A stretch of DNA of 64,000 bases from Psammoneis japonica (lineage: Eukaryota), in contig QPGO01000012.1 in the NCBI GenBank assembly GCA_008632985.1, forward strand, positions 186,001 through 250,000, read 5' to 3'. Made by a program: the position numbers and the translations under genes. Below the pieces are notes generated by a model that saw only the letters and a program-made list of their open reading frames with translations, did not search any database and was not told the DNA's origin. Shown piece after piece: positions 12,230 through 24,365 of this stretch. How positions within the stretch are numbered: the stretch's first letter is position 1; each line of letters starts with the position of its first letter.

Positions 12230-15200
12230 GGTGGGCAGCATGCAGTGCACAGGTTGTGCAGCATTGGCAAACAACCCAGAAGAGAAGAGCAATCAATGGA
12301 AGTCTTGGATGGCAATGAAACAGCAGATGCATTGTGGAAGAGGCATGGCCAACCAGAGATGCCATGTGGTGAATGGGCTCCAAAGACACCAAAGAGCAAC
12401 AAGTCAAGAAGCGAGATGCATGTCTGAGGATCGTCCCGTCACAGCAAATGTGTCTGGCCAACCAACCATGCAGCATTCCCAGTGGTGTGTGCACATCCAG
12501 ATGGGATTGTGCAGCCTTGCAAAGCAATGATGCCATTTGGGGCCATTCTTGGTGTCTTTGAGAAGTGGGCTGAAGACAAATTTGGCACAGAAGCCAGCAG
12601 TTCACAAGTGCCTGTGGGCCTCACTGGCAGTGAGTTTTGCAGCAGCAGCACTGTGTTGGGACTGTGAAGGAATGTGGCACAGATGGCAGAGCATGCAGAC
12701 ACCAGGGCTTGGCTTGTCATTGGGATTGTGGAGGAATGTGGCACAGATGGCAGAGTCCACAAACACCACCAGGGCTTGGCTTGTGGATTGGCTTCTTTGG
12801 GGTGCAACAGCCAAAAAAGCAACATTGAAAAGTTGTCAAAGTTGCAACAAAGCATTGCAGCCAGTGCAATTGACTTTTCTTGGTGGCAATCATGGAAAGC
12901 AGTGACCCGATGGCATTGTCAATTTTGATGCTGGCAGGAATCTTGCATTGCCGACACATGATTTTCACATTGCTTTGCACTCAAGTTGGGCATGTTCTCA
13001 AACATTGAAGGTTTCAGTGGCTTTGCAATTTTGTGTGATGTTTCCCAAACTGTCCCTGGATTTGTGTTGGTGGTGGAACTTTGCAATTGTCATCGCACTT
13101 GGAGAGAGAATTGGTGACATCTTTTGGGAAGCATCTGTGCTGTGCATTGGGGCTGGGATTTGCATTGGATGGGACAGCAGCTGGGTGGGGCACAGCATGG
13201 CTTGACAGCTTGTGGCACTGCAGCAGCAGTGGTGTGGCATGATGCCTGTGGCTGCACAGATGTGGTGGCATCATGGCAACACCATGAGCTCCTGTTGCTT
13301 GGAGCAGCACAAGCTTGTGCATGTGCACAGGACAGGTCATGCCTGGTGACCCAAACAGCTCACAGGAATTCAAAGCATGCAATTGCGTGCAAGATTCAAC
13401 TGCATGTGGTGAAATCTGTCAGCCAGATCTGGCCTCATGAGATGGATTTGGCCATCTGTCAGGTTTGCTGAAAGGACCCAGTGCTCTAGAAGACAGTTTG
13501 CAGCACACAGTGTGTTTGGTTGGGTGTGACATCATCTTTGGCACCACAGGAACATTTCTGGGTTGGCAACCATGCTGGGGCATGACACACTGGCAGGTCT
13601 TGGGTGCAGCCATTGTTGTTCTTGCTGCTGGGCTTTGGCTCCTCCATGGCCACAGCAGCTGGCACCAAATGCAATCTCCTTTGGCATTTTTTGCTTTTTT
13701 CTTGGCTTTGCTGCAAGTGCAAAAGACAATGTGGTGAGCAACAATGAATCCACTTGGAGCAGGAGACATTGATGGTGTGTCCTTGAACTGACCCAGAGTG
13801 AGCTCCAATTTTCACTTTCTTCATCCGAGCTTGCGATGTTTGCATGCAGCCTCTGCAACAAAATGGAAAAAGTGCTTCATTGTTGCACCCAGAAAAGCAA
13901 ATTGACTCCTTGATGATGTGGGTGAATGCCACAACGACATGTCCCCAAATGAAGGCTGCAGGCAGCCTTGAAAATGAAAGAGTTGTGCCATGCAAGTTTG
14001 GCCATGTTGTCAAGTGCACTCATTTGTGCTGTTGCTCTCCAATGGTTTGAGTTTGTGTCACTGCTGCACCTTCAGAGCTTGTTTGAATGGTGCTGGTTTG
14101 CAAACAGCAGGCACAGGCTGGTTTCACAATTGAAAAAGACTTTTGCAATGATGGTTGAGAATTGATTTGGACAGCGCAGCACTGCCAGATGGATGATGGA
14201 CACAGAGGTTGGTTTCTTCAACAAAGTGGATTCCCAATGTTGTGGTGGGCATCATGGACAACAACTGCAAACTTGGTGTTCAAAGTGCTGCCATGCAAAC
14301 TTTCCAACACACCCAGAGGACACTGATGCATGGCAGCAGGATGAAAAGATTGGCCAGAGTTGGCATCACCAGATGGTGACATGGTGATGGGCACAGACAG
14401 TTTGAGCAGAGCACATCTGGCAAGCCACAAAGCAAGGCTGCACACTCCAATTTGGGCTTTTTTGTGCAGGATGATCAACAGGTGGCCAGAAGCATCTGTC
14501 CACACTTGTGGGTTCTAACTGTGTCAAACAGTGCACAAGGGGAGTCAACATTTTGAATTGATGAAATTGAAAATGAGCGGCACCAGCATGGATGTGACAG
14601 AGGCCAACTGCAATGAACAAACAACTGAAACTTGTCAACTTGGTCAACTCATGTTGCTGCCATTTTGGTCTCTCAGGTGCAGCTCTCTCCCAATCAAGAA
14701 ACCAAAATGCTGGCTGCTGCTGTGGCCTTGTTTTGGCTCATGTTGCACAGCACTCACATCATTGGTGCAAAAGTTGCAGAGTTTTGGGTGGGTTGGAACT
14801 GGTTGCACACTTTTGCCCACTGACTGAATGATGAAAGTAAAAACATGCCTCAAATGACATGGGCACAATGTGTCATTTGAATGTTCTCCATTGACTGCAA
14901 TGAGAAGATGATTGTTGCTGGAGAACTCAACACACACACCTCACACATGCAGTGTCATTTCCAAGTTTGACAAACACTTTGTTGGGATGAATGTGAGAGT
15001 CACACTCATCATGGATGTTTTCACAATGTCAAGTTGCACATTTGACACATGCTGTGCATTGGATGTTGGATGGTTTGCATCCTGCATTGTTGGTTGTTTG
15101 GCACTGTTGCGATTGTTTGCTTGTGAGTGGTGGCAGATTGTGATTTTTGGGAAATGTGGAACACACAGAAACCCTCATTGCAAAATGTGACAGATTCCAC

Positions 15201-18200
15201 ATTGAATTTTTTAAAAACATTTGAGTCCAAAAATCAAATGGTCATCAAAACAAAACAAAATTTGCACAACATGTGTGGGTGAGTTGAACTGGCAAGTCAA
15301 TGTCACCAAAAAGGAATCCTGCAAGGTCTCTTCTTCCACTTGTTTTTGGCAGTCTTCAGCAGCTGTGGTTTGTCTGGGCATCAAAGCAAACTCTGCAATT
15401 GCTGCAGTGCAGGTGTCTCTTGACACTGATCAACAACAATTGTGTGAAACCAAATGATTTGCTCCAAAGAGTGAGAATGAACCACACATTCAATCAACAT
15501 GGATGACACAAAGAAACATTTGTCTGATCTGTGTTAGAGACAAAAGATCTCCACTTCAATGCAACTGGATCTGGGTCTTTTGTCTTGCCCTTCCAACAGG
15601 GTGGTGGTGACTCCCAACTCCCCATCTTTTCTTGCGTGTCATGTGCCATGTGTTGAGTGTCTCCTCTCATTGGCAACAAATGGTCAACACACCAGAAAAG
15701 TGACTCCTGTGCAATCTGTTGTGCTGCTTTTGTTGCTTCTCAGCTCTAAAAACAAGGCTGGTTGCAGCTGTGTTGTTGATGTGATTGACCATGAGATGGA
15801 GCACTCTGCCCTTCCAACCAAGCTTGAATGAGCCTCACAATGTGACAACATGAGCAATCTTGACAAAATGTGGTGTGCTTCAGTGGAGTCAAGTTCACCA
15901 TTGGACCATCCACAGATCAGACAAACACACCATCTTGCATCTTTACATGCTCTGCATGAACCCAGCAGTTGTGAGACTTGCAGAGAAAATTTCAAACAAG
16001 GGCAGCCCCCCACGATGCAACATCTTTGTTGGGAGCCTGCAAGGCCCAACTTGCCACTTGAGATGTTGGCGGGCAAGCACTTGGGCACTTTCACCATGCA
16101 AGACATGAAGACAAAGGGGTGGCAGATGGCTTGACAAAAAGGGGGGGGGGGGGGGGACATGCCCACCAGTCAAAATGATGGCAGCTCTTTGTTTGCCTTG
16201 GAATTGTTGGCTTGGGCAACAACACTCTGGTGTCCACCAACTCTGCTTTTAGTTTGGTTCTGTTGTCTCTGTTGGATTTGCCATTCTCTCCACCTTCCTC
16301 TGGCATCAAAGGTTGCACCAAGGCAGCTCTTGTTTGACACCCCAGTGCTCACTTCCCACTTTGCTTGACAGCAGAAAAAAAAACAGTTTCTTCTGTTTCA
16401 ATGTCACCTTTGCAGGCCAGTTCCATCCACCTCAATCCCAAGCCAACTGCACAAAAAATTGACATTCTCAGCAAATTCCAGCTGCAGCAAATCTGGCCAT
16501 TGTGCGGACAATTGAATTTGACTGAATGACAGGTTGCATTTTGCTGCAAGTTAGAACAAACATTTTGATTTTAAATTGTCACTTGGTTGTTCCTGGCGAG
16601 CTTTGTTTTGAGTTGCCGGTAGATTGCATCACTTGTTTGGGACTTGCATTGCAGAGATGATGGCAGAGCATTGCTCAACAGCATGCAGACAGCCTTTGGA
16701 CTCCTCTGGGCAGTCAGCCATCTGGGAGGAACTCTGTGCAGCCAGCTCATTGTGTCCTTGGATGTTCCAAGCAAAACCTTGGTGCTCCATTTCCTGTTTC
16801 TGAGCATCAGCACTTGAGGCCCAAGCTGTCAAGCAGCACCCCAGGCTGCACCCTGCAGATCTGCCAGAGCTGCACCTGCTTCTGGCTTGGCTGCCACTTC
16901 CTCAGCCACCACCATGATGGGTGCTCAAGGTGCTGTCCATGACAAAGCATCTCATTGTCCTTGGGCTGTGCTGCAACACTTTGACTGTGTTTGGGTGGTG
17001 TGCAGTTGAGGATGCAGTCATGTGCTTCCTCCAGCATTTTGGAACATTCACCCAAGCCTTGGCACACTTTTGTTCTTGATGCCCATGCAGCAAGATTTCC
17101 ACAGAATGTTTGTGGCTGCATGCCATTTGGGAAGAAAACTGTGCCAGTGATTTCACTTGCTCCAAGCTGCAGCCTTGGCTGGTGCCGCTTCTTTTCAACA
17201 ACCCAGTGGCAACCTGAGCTTCACTTTGCACAAAGTTGGAGCAGCTGATGTGGGGCCAAACATTGCTGTTGATTCTGAATGTCAGCACAGTCTGAGCAAA
17301 TGCCATCACACATGATTGGTGGTTGTTCAGAGCAATGCATGGCACTTGGATTGTCAGCTGCAAACAGCCTCTGGTTTTCACTTTGCCAAAAGTTGGGACC
17401 TGCACCTGGCACACACCACCAGAACCTCAATGAGTCCATTTTTTGCAAATCTCAGTGTGTCACATTGGATGCGCCATTGACAGGCCAGATGGCAAAACAG
17501 CGGCTGTTTTGGATGCAAAAGTGCCATCCCTGTTGCAGTTTTGGGTGCACTGGAGCTGGTCACATGCTGCAGTTCAGTCAACTGTAAAGATGTGCTTTGA
17601 CATGACAGACACAACATCATCTGACCATTCTCTGTTGACTGCAACAAGATCGCAGCTTCTGTGAACTCCAGTTTGGCACCCAATTGATGCGCCAGTCAAT
17701 GTTGCACAAAAATGTTGCTGCAGAGATCTGTTGAAGAGATGCATGGATGATCATGTGTGCACCTTGCCAAAGGTGTGCCATGCAACCATTGTTGTCATCT
17801 CTGCTCTGGCGCCATCTCCAGCATTGCCAGCCAAGCTCCGCACACTCCAGAGGTGCGCGACACCTGCTCTGTGGGCAGCACATGGCACTGCAGGTCAGGT
17901 GATGCAGTGTGGCATCTGTTTGCCAGCCCAGCCCCTGAATCACCCTGACTCAGTGCCCCTTCCCCTTTCCCCAGACGAAAGGGAGAGTGCTTTGTCGGGG
18001 ACTTTGGTGCTCCGCCAAGAAGCAGCAGGGTGTGCTGCTGGCACATCTGGATGACCCAATGTTTGTCTTGATGACAAAGACCCAGACCAGCCAAATCTTT
18101 GGTGACTCTTTTGTGATCCTGGCATGGAAAGCCGTGCAACTGGGGTCTGTTGCAATGGCGAAAGGTGGGGGGGTGAAAACGCGCCACCGCCCACGGAGCA

Positions 18201-18500
18201 GGAACAATTGTTTTTGTGTGAAACAATGATGGGTCCAAGCGTTCCACCTCAGTCTGATGGTTGCAACCGTGCCAAAGATTCAAAATGCAATGTTCACATT
18301 TTACAACAGAAAAGTGTGTGGCCAGAAACTGCTGCTTCCCCTCTGTTTTCATCGCACCGGTCGTGCAAGCATTGCCAATGCTTGAATGCACACCGATTCG
18401 ATGTCTCGCGCAGCGCCGCCGCGGAGAATTCCGCGGAATTCCGAGGCGCGAGCGGCATCACATCGTCGCGCGTTGATCACGTCTTGAAGACTCACTCATC
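12230..18500. other. Hypermutated domain 1 (TpA- and CpG-depleted, TpG/CpA-rich relic DNA)
   Basis: Only scattered TA dinucleotides over ~6 kb; six-frame ORFs are Cys/His-rich and almost Tyr-free. CpG returns near ~18150-18500 while TA stays rare. Confidence 0.9.
12657..12788 (+). repeat. Two-copy tandem repeat, unit ~64-68 bp
   Basis: tggga[c/t]tgtg[a/g]aggaatgtggcacagatggcagag...caccagggcttggcttgt starting at 12657 and 12721. Confidence 0.85.
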
Positions 18501-18521
18501 ATCGCATCTTGAGCGCCTATT

Positions 18522-18772
18522 TCATCGTGAGACCCCACAAATACGGAGGGACCCTCCTGTAGAGCTCTACGCGAATTTTTGTATGTGGTACTGAAACATG
18601 TAGCCTACATACGCAAAACTGGTACAGTTTCTACGACAAAAATCCGGAAAAACGCCTAGTTCGCGAGATAGCTCTGGTACAAAACCTACGTGAACAGTCC
18701 CCATACATTCACGTAGAACTCTACACATTTCCGGGTTGCGGGTCCCTCCGTATTTGTGGGGTCCCACGATGA
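18522..18772. mobile_element. MITE family B, 251 bp, 33-bp TIRs, 4-bp TSD (TATT)
   Basis: tcatcgtgagaccccacaaatacggagggaccc (18522-18554) versus gggtccctccgtatttgtggggtcccacgatga (18740-18772), one mismatch. tatt flanks both sides (18518-18521, 18773-18776). Confidence 0.9.
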
Positions 18773-18922
18773 TATTGTTGAGCGCGATGATGATTCTGTG
18801 AGTCAGGGCGAGTTTTCCGGGAACTTCACAGCTAACCAAGCTACAGTAGAGAGGCAAACACTCGGCATCCCTTAAACCCCCCTCAACGCAACGACAACGC
18901 CAGCGGGGAGCAGAAGTTGCGA

Positions 18923-20536
18923 ATGATGGACATGAGCTCCTTCTTTGTGATTGCCGGTCAAGTGCTTGTTGCGCTTGTTCTTGTCGTTGCGTTCCTCATT
19001 TTTCGACAATTTCGTAGGTGGTATTTTTCTCCGCTGCACCAACTTCCTGGACCAAAGGAAAACAAGTCGTTTTGGTTGGGTTCGTTTCAGCAAGTCCGGA
19101 AAGAGCCCTTCATGGAACCGCATAAACGGTGGTTTAAGGATGCTGGCGAGAACACAAAAATGATTCACTACACTACCATGGTGGGTCGATCTTCGGTCAT
19201 GATTCTGGATAAGGAAATTGTCAAGACTATTCTTACGTCGCCCCCAGCAACCGACGGAAAGCGCGATCGCTTCCATAAACAAGCCGCGTTTATCCAAGGG
19301 ACTATTGGTGATGGACTAGTCACGTTGGAGGGCGTGAATTGGACACGTCATCGACGAATCCTGCAGCCATCTTTTCACACAAGTTTTGTGAAGGCAACAT
19401 TGAATGCTGTGGTGCCGGAAAAAGTTGCCAGATTCACCGAGTGCTGGACCCGAGCTGCTGACCATTCACGAGAAATTGACGTTACTTCTCACCTTTCAGC
19501 TTTAACTCTGGATATTATTGGCGCCTCCGGTTTCTCCCATGATTTCAATGGGCTTCGTGTCGTGGAGGATTGGTCACTCAAAGAAACCAATGGAGACGAC
19601 GAGCTCGCACAAGTCGACGACCCATTGATATCCGCCATCACGGATTCCCTCAAGCCCCGTCTTGTTTCAATTGTCCTCATCATTCTTGGTCTTGCCAGTT
19701 GGGACCGAATTCTCAATCCCAGAAGCCGCCGCTTGCGAAACGTGTTGAACCAAGCCGCAGAAAGAGTCATTGACAATGCCAGGAAGAGATCAAAGATGAA
19801 TGACAAGAATGATGATTCTTCCAAACTGTCTTCTAAATCTCTGTTGCAGTTGATGCTTGAAGCCGAAGATCCTACTGTGGATACGAAAGGAAGGACGCTC
19901 AACGCGTTGGAATTGCGGGAAGAAACAAAGCTCTTTGTTGTGGCGGGTCATGAAACCACCTCGACGTGGCTCTACTGGACAATGTTTGCACTGGCAAAGT
20001 ATCCAGATATACAAGAGAAGGTTTACCAAGATGTTCTCAAGCACGCTCCACTCTCCACGGCAGATATTGGCGTGGAAGCTGTCGAGAAAATGGAGTATTT
20101 GAATGCGTTTATGCAGGAAGTACTTCGTTTCTATTCGCCCATCGGTTTCATGGTTCGCGCCAATACCTATCGAGAGAATTTTGCGGGGCAGGACATACCG
20201 CCTCGGACTAGACTGACTATCCCAATTTTCTTGTTGCATCGTCATCCGCTGTATTGGGATGACCCCGAGTCCTTTCTGCCGGAACGTTGGATAAATGTGT
20301 CTGAGAAAGACGTGGAACGCCGTCGCTTTGCGTTTTTGCCGTTTTCTGCAGGATTCAGACACTGCATCGGGTACAGGTTTGCAACCATTGAAGCGCTCAT
20401 GATTGCCGCGCCGCTGATTCGAACCTTCTCCATTGGCGTCGCGCCGTCCCAACGTGACGCGGACTTTACCTTTTCAACCTTCATTACCATGAAGAGCAAA
20501 CCTCAGCTCAAGATTGCGGTAAAGAAGAGAACCTAG
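18923..20536 (+). CDS. Cytochrome P450, intronless
   Basis: N-terminal membrane anchor, LPGP hinge, I-helix AGHETT, EVLR, PERW and heme motif FSAGFRHCIG. Confidence 0.95.
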   Translation: MMDMSSFFVIAGQVLVALVLVVAFLIFRQFRRWYFSPLHQLPGPKENKSFWLGSFQQVRKEPFMEPHKRWFKDAGENTKMIHYTTMVGRSSVMILDKEIVKTILTSPPATDGKRDRFHKQAAFIQGTIGDGLVTLEGVNWTRHRRILQPSFHTSFVKATLNAVVPEKVARFTECWTRAADHSREIDVTSHLSALTLDIIGASGFSHDFNGLRVVEDWSLKETNGDDELAQVDDPLISAITDSLKPRLVSIVLIILGLASWDRILNPRSRRLRNVLNQAAERVIDNARKRSKMNDKNDDSSKLSSKSLLQLMLEAEDPTVDTKGRTLNALELREETKLFVVAGHETTSTWLYWTMFALAKYPDIQEKVYQDVLKHAPLSTADIGVEAVEKMEYLNAFMQEVLRFYSPIGFMVRANTYRENFAGQDIPPRTRLTIPIFLLHRHPLYWDDPESFLPERWINVSEKDVERRRFAFLPFSAGFRHCIGYRFATIEALMIAAPLIRTFSIGVAPSQRDADFTFSTFITMKSKPQLKIAVKKRT

Positions 20537-20601
20537 AGAGAAAGCAGTGCGCTTCTTACATTTAGATGAATTTAGTTAAGCAAACTTGTCCTTTCACCAC
20601 A

Positions 20602-21540
20602 TCAACAAGGAGTGTCATTTTTATTGTCCCCGTTTGTCGAACTTTTCTTGTCGGAAAAGGAATGCCATTTCTTCACCATGAGGTCCAACGGCTTCATGAG
20701 AGTGGTATAAATCGATGGATCATCTTCAATCGCAGACACTATCCATGCAATACATTCTGCTGTGGACAAGTGATTGGCACTCGGCGGAGTCCGGATATCG
20801 AATCGACGGGGTTGAAACTCCCTGTTAAGTAGTTGATGTGTCATTTGATTCACGCCAGAAGCCGACGCCTTCTGTTGCTTTTCTGTTTTGTCAAGCTCCT
20901 CGTCTTTGCAGTCGTCGTCATTTGCTTGTGGTTGGATTGAAACTCGAATCATGTGCATTGGGTATTGTTTTGCGGCAATATTTGCTTGTTCCATTTCACG
21001 CGCATACTTCCATGTTGCATCCAGAACAAGGACTGTAATCTTGCTGTCTTGCGTATCCTTGCTACTAGTAGTAGCCTGTGCTCTCATTGAGCGTCGCCGT
21101 CGTGTCGTTTCCAAAGCGTCTTGCAAGGGTATGGCATCACTGCTAGGAAACATCAAGAGAAGATCTCGTTCGGGATCTTGAATTTGTTTCATAATGTTTG
21201 AATCCACCTTGTCGCCTAGTCTTCGAGCAACGACAGTATGCAACTGCTTGGGTTCTGCACACGAATCGCCATCACCTCGCTTCTCTGCTTGATTCAAACA
21301 CAGTTCGACCAGGGGCAAACTACGATTCTTTCGTCGGGCTTCATGGGGGTGTTGCAAGACAATTACCTGGCACTTCTTCAACACGATTGGTGATGATGGC
21401 AGAGCCTCACAAACACATGCGCGTTCTTGAGGTCGGTGGCATGTTTCGCAAATCTGTCGCTTTGCCTTTTTCTTGGGAGGAGACGGTGTTTTTGCGCTTG
21501 GCTCGTAAATGCCATCGCTTGCTGCATCAGAGGACGACAT
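20602..21540 (-). CDS. DTWD2: DTW-domain tRNA-uridine aminocarboxypropyltransferase (DTWD2/TapT-like)
   Basis: CETCHRP..ACVC, VLQHPHE, VLDATW (DXTW motif) and LSTAEC. Confidence 0.85.
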   Translation of the reverse strand: MSSSDAASDGIYEPSAKTPSPPKKKAKRQICETCHRPQERACVCEALPSSPIVLKKCQVIVLQHPHEARRKNRSLPLVELCLNQAEKRGDGDSCAEPKQLHTVVARRLGDKVDSNIMKQIQDPERDLLLMFPSSDAIPLQDALETTRRRRSMRAQATTSSKDTQDSKITVLVLDATWKYAREMEQANIAAKQYPMHMIRVSIQPQANDDDCKDEELDKTEKQQKASASGVNQMTHQLLNREFQPRRFDIRTPPSANHLSTAECIAWIVSAIEDDPSIYTTLMKPLDLMVKKWHSFSDKKSSTNGDNKNDTPC

Positions 21541-24365
21541 TGTCGAATGGGTACGGGATGGGAGATGGAGATGAAACCAGAGATTGCATTTATGTTCGCT
21601 TCCAGGTTGAAAAGAGAGTCAAGAGTAGCATTAAGAGCGTTGGGCGTTGGAGTTTGGAGTGATTGCGACGCGAGAATTTCAAAATGGGCGTTTAGCTTTC
21701 TTTTCTCGCGCACGTGTGCGCGGTTATTAGACTGTGTAGGTGTGTGTACGTGTGTGAGGTGTAAGTAGGATATACGTAGAATTACTACTGAGTGATTGAC
21801 ATGCCGTGGATTTTCCGCCGGTACACAATCTACGTGGTCTACATGGAACATAAATTTATGTTGGTCTCTGAAGCTATTACATATCATTGATTTTGCTGAT
21901 GCCTCTAATATATGTATATACCAATTCAAAAGTCTGACAGAACACCCCGAAAGAACTCTGGAATCTGAATAAAAAAAATTTCTATTTAACGGTCCGAACA
22001 GGGTCGCCCCGAAGCGCTTCTCAAAATAATAACTACAGATTGAATATAGTGAAACATCTACTATTACCAAAACACAGGGACTATCGGATAAATAGATCCC
22101 GTGGTCTTCGCGCGCAAACAACACGATAACGCACAACAACACCATGGCGAGAAACGCGAACGCCGTCCCCTCATCTACAAGCTCGGAATACGAGATACTG
22201 TTGAAGTGGTTGGACAATATGTATGCGCTGTATTCATGGGTCAAGTTGGGTTTCTTCTCGCTGCTTGTTGTTGCGTCATTTTACAACGTTTTGACCCACG
22301 CCGTTTTCTTTGCTTTGTTGCTTCTGCTCGCGCGCCACCAACAGCTCTTCCTCCAGGGTGTGGCTAGTTGCACGGCTGCATCGAACCCAAACGTGCGCGA
22401 CCAACTAGCCCTACCCCGGCTAACTCATATTTTTGTTATTATCGATCCCGTCTGACCGTGGCCACCAAAAAATTTTCACCGCGAGAAAAAAATCTTTTTT
22501 TTGTGAACGCCACATCCACCATGCTATGTACCGCCGGCCTCAAACGTTCCCGGCGTCCGTGACTGAAATTTCACCACGATGAAGTACGTGAGTCGAATAA
22601 GTCGATTGGACTCAAACGTTCCCGATTTGGCATAAAAAACGGCATGTTGCACTTTGATGTGTCTCGACATGGCAAACTTCGTTGGGTCGACGTATCTTTC
22701 TTGGGGGATCTTTTTCTATTGTTGTTATAAAGAGGTTGATACATTGGTTTGGTTTCCGGGGGGGCTTCGGTTGCGACACACGGTATAAACGGTTGCGTGC
22801 CTCGACTCGTGACTCGATTGCGTCACGGTACACGGTACGGGCTACATCTGAATGGTCGACAACGTTACAGAGGTAAGTTCTTTCTTTGTTTTCTCATTTT
22901 ACACCAATTACATGCTCACTAAAGATGTTGTTTGCGCTTTGTTAAAGCTTCATAGGTGGATTGATCGTCTCGTGCGGTCGATTGTTGCATCTGTGATGTT
23001 GGTGTTTTTTTCGCGGCGTTTGCACCACCACAGCGTATCCGTTTGGGAGCCTTATGCCTCATCCCACTCTACATCCTTTGGTGTACCTATTATGTATATT
23101 AATATGGATTTGTGACGCGCTTGATATCCTTCTTGGGGGCTTGGTCGGCGCATAATCATGGCAAAAGGTTTTCGGCCGTCACAATATTTGGAAAGTGCAT
23201 GCCGTGAAAACAAAACGACGCGATGGAGCCTGGAGGACATTTACGACATTGGCATTTGTCAGACAGTCTTATCATAGTCCAAAAAAGGTAATCCTATGAG
23301 TACAATGTGATTGATTGGCTTTTAGACTCGTTTTGACGAAATTCTCATACCTCACGAGCCTTTTTTTGTGCGTCTCGTTCATGCGTGCAGGTATCTGGTC
23401 CTTTTTGACCCTTTCCACCTACCCTTCAACCGCATTATCATCATTATCTAAGACATGATATTGTCCGCGTTATTTTGGGAGATCTTTGTGGTGTAACTAT
23501 GACTCTAGGCTTTGCAATGGGTAAAATGGGGAGGTTGATGCTTGTGTTGGCGGGCTCATCGCCTCCTCTTGAATGCGTGGATGCCACGAACCGCTGATGG
23601 TACTTGGGGGCATAATAATTGGTAAGGCGGCTCAGCTCTACCTCTAAAAGGTGCACTAGTGAGTATACTGTGATGTGTAACCCCAATGGATTGTCATTGT
23701 GTACGTTGTTCCACTCATATTTTAATTTTGCCTGTCATTTTCCAGCATGACTATCGTTGGCTGTTAAAGCTTGCAGTGGCATTTCCAGGCCCACATTCTA
23801 CATGATAGATATCTTTTGATATTCTTTACTCATATGGGGAAATCAGATCCTGGAGCTCTCAGTTCCTAGTCGGATCTAGTAGAGATGTGTGACTGTTCGA
23901 TGAAATGTGGGATGGAGTGTAGGCGTAAAAGCTGTTGCTTCTGGACGGTACGTACCGCATGCTTACTGTAGAGTGTGTGTGTGCGTACTTCACCATTTCG
24001 AATGATGACTTACCGATCTACTATTCTAAGTCACAGGAAAGATGTCTCTCTACTAGCAGCAGGGAGCACGGTGCCGGCTGTGCACGAGAAGCCACATGGC
24101 AATGAAGACGGTGCCGGCCTAAGCGCAGAAGTCTCCGCTATTGTAGGATGAACTCTCTGGTAGAGAGTGCCACTACTTTTGATTAGAACTTGGTGCAAAA
24201 GGTAAGTGTGATTGAGAAGTTGTGCATTATATATCCCCTTTTAGCACTGAGACTAACGCAGTTCATTGTTCTTTTTGACCCGCACAGACAGCTTCGCACC
24301 GGAGGACAATGCGCGTGAGACAGCAGCTGTCAAAGCTACAGAGGGACACCATTTGTCTCTAGGTC

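Noticed and set aside
12657..12788. CRISPR-like array
   Set aside because: Only two adjacent ~65-bp units with no unique spacers, in a eukaryotic context with no cas genes.
12183..18400. Dense overlapping Cys/His/Trp-rich ORFs in all six frames (also at 30-43, 49-51 and 60-63 kb) as novel genes or metal-binding peptides
   Set aside because: Loss of TA removes TAA/TAG stops and Tyr codons and inflates TGY/CAY/TGG, so long spurious ORFs are expected.
21378..22455. 288-aa (-) and 103-aa (+) ORFs as genes
   Set aside because: No recognisable motifs. The long ORF overlaps the DTW gene and crosses AT-rich spacer DNA, and the short hydrophobic ORF has no independent support.
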